From an uncultured Acidobacteriota bacterium (lineage in GTDB: Bacteria; Acidobacteriota; Vicinamibacteria; Vicinamibacterales; 2-12-FULL-66-21), in NCBI GenBank assembly GCA_963804245.1, contig CAWDPQ010000006.1:106643-170642 (forward strand): DNA of 64,000 bases. The letters run 5' to 3'. Under the pieces are notes generated by a model. The model worked only from the letters and a program-made list of their open reading frames with translations, ran no database searches and was not told where the DNA came from. Made by a program: the position numbers and the translations under genes. The stretch's first letter is position 1. Every line of letters begins with the position of its first letter. Positions 58,088 to 64,000 of this stretch are shown one piece after another.

Positions 58088-59905
58088 GTGAGTCACGCTC
58101 TCTTTGTTCACGGCAGGGATCCTGCGTTCGTCGACGAACTGAGGCAACGCGGTGTAGCCTTGTTCAGCCTCTTTCATCGGCTCACTCCAGTCGCAACCCA
58201 CTCCCGCGTCGGCTCTTCGGTGACCGTCTTCCCGTCTGTGCTCTCGTCCGCGCCGCACATTCTCGCCACGGATGATGGCTGCGCGTGTGGCGTGGGAACC
58301 TGGTTCTACGACGGCACTGTCGGTGCGGAAGCGTTAGAACGGCTATCCCGCGCCGCGGCGTGCGACACGACGCTCCGCGAACTCAGTCTGGAGACCCTGG
58401 ACGGATGGTTCGCCGTGCTGTTGTTCACGGACGACGATGCGGAATTGATTACCGATCGCCTCGGCGAGTTTCACGTGTACGCATCCTCGATCGACGGGCA
58501 CACGGTCGTGTCAACGTCCTCGATGGTGCTCGCTGCCTTGACCCGAGCCGCGTGGGACCTCGATGGCTGTCGCCAGTTCCTGGCTGTCGGCTGGATCGTT
58601 GAACCGTCTCGCACGCTTTTTCGAGGAGTCATCAAGCTCGCCCCGGCCTCGCGCTATCGATTCTGCAACGGTGCCCTACGCGCTGTAACCCGCTACTGGA
58701 GCGTCGCCTCGGTCGCGTGGCCGGCGATGGCTCCTCCTGGGAACGCGACCGTCCTCGCTTCTGAGCTCCGAACCGCCGTGTCAACGGTGTTGCGCAACTT
58801 CCCGCGTCCCGTGTTCGATCTGACGGGCGGAGTCGACACGCGAGGGCTACTTGGCGCAACGTTGCAACTCGGAGCCACCGTCGACTTCGTGGTGAATGGC
58901 GATGCCAGCGATCCCGACGTAGTCGCTTCGCTTCGCCTGGCCCGTGCATTCGGCCTTCGACATGTTCATGCCTCGCGTACCTCCACGAGCGCGGCTGAGC
59001 TGTGGGACCGAGCCAAGGCGTCCCTGCCGCTCTGCGACGGTGAACAGGACGTCCTGTACTACGCGCCGACGCTCAAGACTCACCGACTGTTCGCCGAAAG
59101 GTTCGACTCCACGGTCAACGGCGTGGCAGGTGAAGTGTCCCATGGACAGTGGTGGGAGCTGCTCTTTCCGTTCGCACGCGCGAGTCGGTTCGACTCACGT
59201 CTCGTCGCGCAGCGTCGCATCATCGGAAACGACCAGACCGTTGGGCTGCTCGACCACGAGTTCAGGCAAGATCTCACGGATCAACTGGCGGACGTCATCG
59301 AGGACATCAATGCGGACCTGCGGGTGTTCCCGAACACGGCAAAGATGGACAACGTGTACTTGACGCTGTGGGAGCAGCGTTTCTACGGTCGCACGATCAG
59401 CGCAACGAGTCACCTGTGGCCGACGATCTCGCCATACGCATTTCGCGGGCCTCTCGAGGCCGCGCTGTCAGCGAGCTACGCCACCCGCGTACGACGCCGG
59501 ATGATCCGACGAATGATCGAGCATCAAAGCCCAAGGCTGGCAGGGCTCCCAACCGCAGGCCGGTATCCGGCATCGCCCCTGCGGCTGAGCAACGCGCATC
59601 GCTTCTGGCCGGCAGCGTCTGAATTCGGGTGGCTCGCAGTCAGGCGTCTACTGCGGAACCTCGGCATGCATCTCCCCCCACCTCGTTCAGTCCTGCTGCC
59701 CGGGGATGCCGGAAGAACGGAATTACGCCGAGAGTTCCGGCAGCTCGATGAGGTGATTGACTGCACCGACGCCGCGCGCATGGCGACCCGGGACTTTTAC
59801 AACACGAAAATGCTCTCACGCGTCCTTGCCGAGGACGAACATCCCGCGTTTGGCCGAATCCTGACGCTCGAGCTTCTTGCGCGGGCATTGCGGCAGACGC
59901 CCTGA
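58088..59905 (+). CDS. Asparagine-synthase-family (AsnB-like) protein lacking the N-terminal Cys nucleophile
   Basis: 605 aa, intact. The N-domain reads GWFAVLLFTDDDAELITDRLGEFHVY. A PP-loop-like VFDLTGGVDTRGLLG stands in place of SGGxDS. The protein starts MSHALF, so it has no Cys2. The family call is tentative. Confidence 0.55.
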   Translation: MSHALFVHGRDPAFVDELRQRGVALFSLFHRLTPVATHSRVGSSVTVFPSVLSSAPHILATDDGCACGVGTWFYDGTVGAEALERLSRAAACDTTLRELSLETLDGWFAVLLFTDDDAELITDRLGEFHVYASSIDGHTVVSTSSMVLAALTRAAWDLDGCRQFLAVGWIVEPSRTLFRGVIKLAPASRYRFCNGALRAVTRYWSVASVAWPAMAPPGNATVLASELRTAVSTVLRNFPRPVFDLTGGVDTRGLLGATLQLGATVDFVVNGDASDPDVVASLRLARAFGLRHVHASRTSTSAAELWDRAKASLPLCDGEQDVLYYAPTLKTHRLFAERFDSTVNGVAGEVSHGQWWELLFPFARASRFDSRLVAQRRIIGNDQTVGLLDHEFRQDLTDQLADVIEDINADLRVFPNTAKMDNVYLTLWEQRFYGRTISATSHLWPTISPYAFRGPLEAALSASYATRVRRRMIRRMIEHQSPRLAGLPTAGRYPASPLRLSNAHRFWPAASEFGWLAVRRLLRNLGMHLPPPRSVLLPGDAGRTELRREFRQLDEVIDCTDAARMATRDFYNTKMLSRVLAEDEHPAFGRILTLELLARALRQTP

Positions 59906-60121
59906 AAGCAGAGCCAGCGACGATCGTGCGGAACCGAACGCGGATTGGGCGGTCGAAACGACGATGGCCGATGAAAGTGACGGGCCGCAAAAACTCGCGG
60001 CATGTCGACCTTATAATATCGGGAACGAAAACGACGTGCGGCGGGCGCTGGACACAGTTCGGGCAGTTTCACCGTCCCTCGGTCGATCGCAAAGCACGAA
60101 AATCTCAGGAAATTTCCTTGC

Positions 60122-60198
60122 GCGCCCGTAGCTCAGCAGGATAGAGCATCGGTTTCCTAAACCGGGGGTCGCAGGTTCGAGACCTGCCGGGCGCGCCA
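60122..60198 (+). tRNA. tRNA-Arg (anticodon CCT)
   Basis: Manual cloverleaf: acceptor GCGCCCG/CGGGCGC, D stem GCTC/GAGC, anticodon stem TCGGT/ACCGG with loop TTCCTAA (anticodon CCT), T stem GCAGG/CCTGC with loop TTCGAGA, discriminator G and encoded CCA. 77 nt. Confidence 0.9.
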
Positions 60199-60200
60199 CA

Positions 60201-60311
60201 GAGTCGGTAGTCGCTGGTCGCTAGTTGCAAGTCGTTGCTAGTCGGACCTCTGGCGACTGATCACTGAAACGACTAACGACGACTAGCGACAAACGACTAA
60301 CGACTAACGAC
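60201..60311. repeat. Heptad-repeat locus C: inverted TAGTCG / CGACTA arms after the tRNA
   Basis: The left arm gagtcggtagtcgctggtcgctagttgcaagtcgttgctagtcgg faces the right arm cgactgatcactgaaacgactaacgacgactagcgacaaacgactaacgactaacgac. Then comes TTCAAGTA, as at locus A. The right arm is co-oriented with the 60330 gene. Confidence 0.75.
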
Positions 60312-60329
60312 TTCAAGTAGACAAGCTTA

Positions 60330-61073
60330 ATGAAGAGTGTTGAACGTCACCGGCTGAAGGAAAACGAATTCGCGCGGACCGTCGCGCACGCGCGCGAGGT
60401 GGCGGCGAGCCGGCAGCGCGATATCGTCGCGATCGTCGTCGCCGTCGCCGTGGCCCTCGCGGCCGTCGCCGGGTACGCCTGGTGGCGACAGTCCCGAAAC
60501 GCGAAGGCCAACACCGCGCTGGCGGCAGCTCTGGCCACCTACGAGGCTCCCGTGGTTCCGCCTGCGGCGCCGGCGCCCGGCAGCCCCGCGCCGCTGCCGC
60601 AGCCTGGCACGTTCCAGACGGAGAAGGAGAAGCTCGACGCGGCGCTCCCGAAGTTCATGGACGCCGCCAACAAATACCCCAACAGCGACGCCGGCATTGC
60701 CGCCCGTTACCACGCAGCGTCCGTGCTGATGGCGATGGGGCGATATGCGGAAACCGAGCAGTACTTCAAGGAAGTCTCGGACAAAGCCGGAAATTCTATC
60801 TACGGGCGAACGGCCAAAATGGGTCTCGCCGAAGCGCAGATCGCGCAGGGCAAATTCGAGCCGGCCATTGCCATCTATACCGAGCTCAGCCGCGATACCG
60901 GATCGCAGATCCCACTGGACAGCGTGCTGATATACCTCGGGCGCGCCTACGTCCGGGCGGGCAAGAAGGAAGAAGCCATTCGCGCCTTCAATCGCATCGT
61001 CGAAGAATTTCCACAGTCGGTCTACGTGACCGATGCACGTCGCGAGATGGAAGAAGCGCGCAAGACTTCCTAG
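60330..61073 (+). CDS. Membrane-anchored tetratricopeptide-repeat protein
   Basis: The N-terminal cytoplasmic segment is followed by a TM helix (IVAIVVAVAVALAAVAGYAWW), a Pro/Ala linker, and TPR-like helices (AARYHAASVLMAMGRYAETEQYF, LAEAQIAQGKFEPAIAIY, LGRAYVRAGKKEEAIRAF). Confidence 0.7.
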   Translation: MKSVERHRLKENEFARTVAHAREVAASRQRDIVAIVVAVAVALAAVAGYAWWRQSRNAKANTALAAALATYEAPVVPPAAPAPGSPAPLPQPGTFQTEKEKLDAALPKFMDAANKYPNSDAGIAARYHAASVLMAMGRYAETEQYFKEVSDKAGNSIYGRTAKMGLAEAQIAQGKFEPAIAIYTELSRDTGSQIPLDSVLIYLGRAYVRAGKKEEAIRAFNRIVEEFPQSVYVTDARREMEEARKTS

Positions 61074-61197
61074 GCAGGTGGATACACAGGTAACACGGGA
61101 TCGGCCAGACAAGCGAAACGGGGCTCACTCAACTTTCCACACGATGCTTGAAGAAAAGTTGAGTGTCCCCGTTCTTGACCGAGCCGCGCCCGGTCGC

Positions 61198-61629
61198 TCA
61201 GGCGGTACGGACGCTGGTCTCAGCTTCCCACGTCGGGACCGGAGCCGTCGCAGACTTGCGGTCGGGTTCGACGAGCATACGCAGCGCGTAGTCGGTCGGC
61301 GCCCCGGTAGCCTGGCTGGCGGGGCCAACCCGGAAGATCGCTGACAGAACGTTCGATTTGCGCAGTGCCGGCGGTAATTCCGTGCGCTCTCGCATGCAGC
61401 GATCGAGCTGGAAGTAGACCAGCCGGTAGAGCGGAATCGGCACACCGCCGAGGCACTCCACGCGGACGCCGTTCTCGCTCACGTCCTTGGTCACCACCGA
61501 CGCCATGCGGGTTGCCCCGCGTGCGTCCTTCCACACAATCTGCCCCGGCACGGCCAGAGACCGGCGTTCTGATGCGCGCTTCTCAGATCGTGTGTGAGTA
61601 CCTTGAACGAGTCGCAACCGCTGTTCCAT
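61198..61629 (-). CDS. PilZ-domain protein
   Basis: KRASERRSLAVPGQIVW (RxxxR) and TKDVSENGVRVEC (D-x-S-x-x-G) are spaced as in c-di-GMP-binding PilZ domains. Start taken at MEQRLRL. Confidence 0.6.
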   Translation of the reverse strand: MEQRLRLVQGTHTRSEKRASERRSLAVPGQIVWKDARGATRMASVVTKDVSENGVRVECLGGVPIPLYRLVYFQLDRCMRERTELPPALRKSNVLSAIFRVGPASQATGAPTDYALRMLVEPDRKSATAPVPTWEAETSVRTA

Positions 61630-61828
61630 TAGAGCCCTCCGCGTTGCCAGACATATATCCAATGGGCGGGCCGAAAATTGACCGGGCTGTTTTCGATCCG
61701 CCAGGTTCACCGTAAGTTGCGCGCTGAGTGGGGGTTCGACCATTTCAGGGACTAGCCGCGGAGCAGTGAGAAGTGTTTAGTGGGTATCCATTGCCCGCGT
61801 TTCTTGTATACGCGGTATGCGAAAACCC

Positions 61829-64000
61829 TCAAACGCGCGCCGCTTCGACACCGAGTCGTTGCATTTTGAGATACAGCCCACGCCGTGTGAGGCCCAAAAG
61901 CCTCGCCGTCTCAGAAATATTTCCTGCGGCGCGCTCGAGGGCACCTTCAATCATTTCGCGTTCGAGCTTTTCAACCGCCGTGGCCAAGGTTGTCCGTCGC
62001 AGACGCCCCCTCACCGGATCCTGGTCGCTGAGCGAACCCGTGCCGAAGACCGCGGACAGAAGATCCGGCGTAATGACGCCGCCGGGTGACGTCATCGCGA
62101 CGGCTCGCTGCACCTCGTTGCGGAGCTGTCGGACGTTCCCTGGCCAGGGGAAACTGTCGAACAGGTTCAGCGTCTCCGGACTCAACCTCACGCCGGGTTT
62201 GGCGAGGCGATCGCAGGCTTCGCGCAGGAAGAACGTGCTCAAGTGCGGAATCTCTTCACGACGCTCGCGCAGGGGAGGGACGTGGATGCCGATGACGCTC
62301 AGACGATAGAAGAGATCTTCACGGAATTTACCGGCTGCGACGCGCTGTTCGAGATCGGCGTTGGTGGCGGCAACGACGCGGACGTCGACGCGATGCGGCC
62401 GGGTATCACCCACGGGGAGCACTTCGCCCTGTTCGAGAAATCGCAGGAGCTTGGGCTGCACATCGAGGGGCAGATCACCGACTTCATCGAGAAAGAGCGT
62501 GCCGCCGACGGCCGTGCGCAGAACGCCGGGCTGGTCGGCGACGGCGCCGGTGAAGCTGCCGCGGCGATGGCCGAACAACTGGCTGTCAGCCAGCTCTCGG
62601 GTCGCGCTCGTGCAGTTGTAGGGCAGGAACATGCTGGCGCGTCGCAGCGATCCGGCGTGGATGGCCCGCGCCACCAGATCTTTTCCGGTACCGCTCTCGC
62701 CGGTGATGAGGACCGTGAGGTCGTTCCCCTGCAGTCGCTGGATCTGATCGGCTACCCGCTGCATCGAGGCGCTGGCGCAGACGAAACCCGGGAGGAGCGG
62801 CTCGAGCTGCCGCTCAATCATGCCTGCCACGGCCTCGACCGGCCGCTCCCGCGCCTGACAGAGGTCGAATCCCTGTCGCAGCACCGCACACAGCGTCCGG
62901 AACCGCTGACTCACGGTAGGGGTAAAGACGCGCGTCGTTGAAACAACCGCGAATCGCGGGCCCGACGTGTCGGATCCCAACGGCTCCATGCTGACGAGGG
63001 GTGCCTGACTGCCGGGAACAGAGCGGGTTGCCGCCAGCGCCAGCGCCTGAGCGCTGTCATTGCTGCAACCGGCATAAGCCAGGACCCGTACCTGTCCGGG
63101 ATTAGGTTGGACGAAGACGACCGCTGCCTGGGCATCGCATCCCTCCAGGAGCGCAGTGGCACCCTCACGCGCCAGCAATGCAGGCATCGCCGCTGCGTCC
63201 ACAATCCGCCGCACCAGCGCATCGTCGCCATCCATCTGGATGCCGAGATAGGTGCCCGTACCAGCGACGGGCACCGCCTCGAGTGCCAGACGCGCCTCGG
63301 CCAGCTCGGGGCTCGCGCTGACCGATTCGAACATGGTGCCGGCATCGGTGAGGTAGCGGGTGGCGCGCGACCGCGCGCCTGCCGAAGAAGCGAGCCGTCC
63401 GAGCTCCAGATAACTCAACCCGGCCTGATAGCGTTCACCAAGCACGTCGAAAACGCTGACGCTCTGGCCGAAGTCGTGATACGCCTCGGTCAATCGGCCA
63501 TCGGCGGCGTTCAGGCGACCGCGCAAACGCAGGAATTCCCCCCAGACGCCGCTCATGCCGCCCGGCTGCACGCGACTGGCAATAGCCTCCAAACGCTCCT
63601 GCGATTCCTCGCGCCGGCCGGCGGCGAGCAGCGCTTCGATCGCAATCAGCTCTGCCTGCAGCGCGTAGCCGGCCGGAGCCTCGGGCGAATCCGCGACGTC
63701 GCAGGCGAGAGCGAGGGCGCGCGCCGGCTCGCTTCGACGCAGCGCGAGCCGCGCTTCCAGGACGCGCAGCGACCACTGATACCAGCGGCTTGCGTTCGCG
63801 CCCTTGTCGCCGTACGCCTCGTGCGCTTTCTGCAGGCATCGACTCACGGCGTCGTGCTCACCACGAATCAGGTGAATCTGCGCCAGCGTGTCGAATACGG
63901 CGCCGGTCGTCTCGCGCATGAACTGCATGGGACTACGAACGTCGAGCGCCCGGTGCAGCGCTTCTTCCGCGCGCTTCAGATTTCCCACGCGCACGCAGAT
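61829..64000 (-). CDS. Sigma-54-dependent transcriptional activator with N-terminal TPR-like region; N-terminus beyond the window end
   Basis: AAA+ sigma-54 interaction motifs are ITGESGTGKDLVARAIH, QLFGHRRGSFTGA and GGTLFLDEVGDLPLDVQPKLLRFLE. The C-terminal Fis-type HTH is NISETARLLGLTRRGLYLKMQRLG. The frame is still open at base 64000. Confidence 0.85.
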   Translation of the reverse strand: MCVRVGNLKRAEEALHRALDVRSPMQFMRETTGAVFDTLAQIHLIRGEHDAVSRCLQKAHEAYGDKGANASRWYQWSLRVLEARLALRRSEPARALALACDVADSPEAPAGYALQAELIAIEALLAAGRREESQERLEAIASRVQPGGMSGVWGEFLRLRGRLNAADGRLTEAYHDFGQSVSVFDVLGERYQAGLSYLELGRLASSAGARSRATRYLTDAGTMFESVSASPELAEARLALEAVPVAGTGTYLGIQMDGDDALVRRIVDAAAMPALLAREGATALLEGCDAQAAVVFVQPNPGQVRVLAYAGCSNDSAQALALAATRSVPGSQAPLVSMEPLGSDTSGPRFAVVSTTRVFTPTVSQRFRTLCAVLRQGFDLCQARERPVEAVAGMIERQLEPLLPGFVCASASMQRVADQIQRLQGNDLTVLITGESGTGKDLVARAIHAGSLRRASMFLPYNCTSATRELADSQLFGHRRGSFTGAVADQPGVLRTAVGGTLFLDEVGDLPLDVQPKLLRFLEQGEVLPVGDTRPHRVDVRVVAATNADLEQRVAAGKFREDLFYRLSVIGIHVPPLRERREEIPHLSTFFLREACDRLAKPGVRLSPETLNLFDSFPWPGNVRQLRNEVQRAVAMTSPGGVITPDLLSAVFGTGSLSDQDPVRGRLRRTTLATAVEKLEREMIEGALERAAGNISETARLLGLTRRGLYLKMQRLGVEAARV

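Noticed and set aside
56874-59905. Lasso-peptide or other RiPP cluster built around the AsnB-like gene
   Set aside because: There is no transglutaminase-like or PqqD-like B protein, no ABC exporter and no convincing short precursor ORF in the flanking intergenic DNA. Only the Cys-less AsnB fold points that way.
60011-60199. 62-aa minus-strand ORF
   Set aside because: It is antisense to the tRNA-Arg gene (the familiar LEPATPG-type artefact).
51024-60311. Heptad arrays as CRISPR or other spacer-containing arrays
   Set aside because: The units are 7 nt and contiguous with no spacers, and no cas genes are present.
1-64000. Mobile elements, prophage or known defence systems
   Set aside because: None of the translated ORFs showed transposase (DDE), integrase (R..HxxR..Y), reverse transcriptase (YxDD), restriction, toxin-antitoxin or cas-like signatures that I could recognise.

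Overview
High-GC (~65-68%) chromosomal segment, most likely from an Acidobacteriota-type genome. That guess rests on two ADOP duplicated orphan permeases, a TIGR02999-like ECF sigma factor paired with a Ser/Thr kinase, a DUF1592/DUF1552 pair and several large kinase-TPR proteins. I support about 55 protein genes, one tRNA-Arg(CCT), several gene fragments and a set of short intergenic repeats. I recognise no transposase, integrase, phage gene, CRISPR array or known defence system. Content runs left to right: exported enzymes and unknown-function pairs (1-9.5 kb), three kinase genes with an ECF sigma factor (9.5-20 kb), redox enzymes, a second ECF sigma and secDF (20-26 kb), a WP-motif protein with a ~915-aa coiled-coil protein, LemA and a NarL-type two-component system (27-33 kb), then otsA, chrB-like, a DNA ligase, transporters and housekeeping genes, ending in a partial sigma-54 activator. 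Observations worth following up: (1) the headless coiled-coil protein and its WP-motif neighbour; (2) an operonic active-kinase/pseudokinase paralog pair; (3) a 34-35 bp inverted-repeat motif over the -10 box upstream of both the chrB-like and an MFS gene; (4) (ACGACTA)n heptad arrays co-oriented upstream of three unrelated genes, plus other short intergenic arrays; (5) a 3.3-kb GT4 + AsnB-like islet bracketed by a duplicated tRNA-Arg 5-prime half. Caveat: at least ~25 +/-1 frame breaks and two in-frame stops interrupt otherwise well-conserved genes, including secDF. The four junctions I traced base by base sit at 2-3-nt runs of one base. Assembly indel error must be excluded before calling pseudogenes. 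All family names come from motif recognition by eye, not searches.
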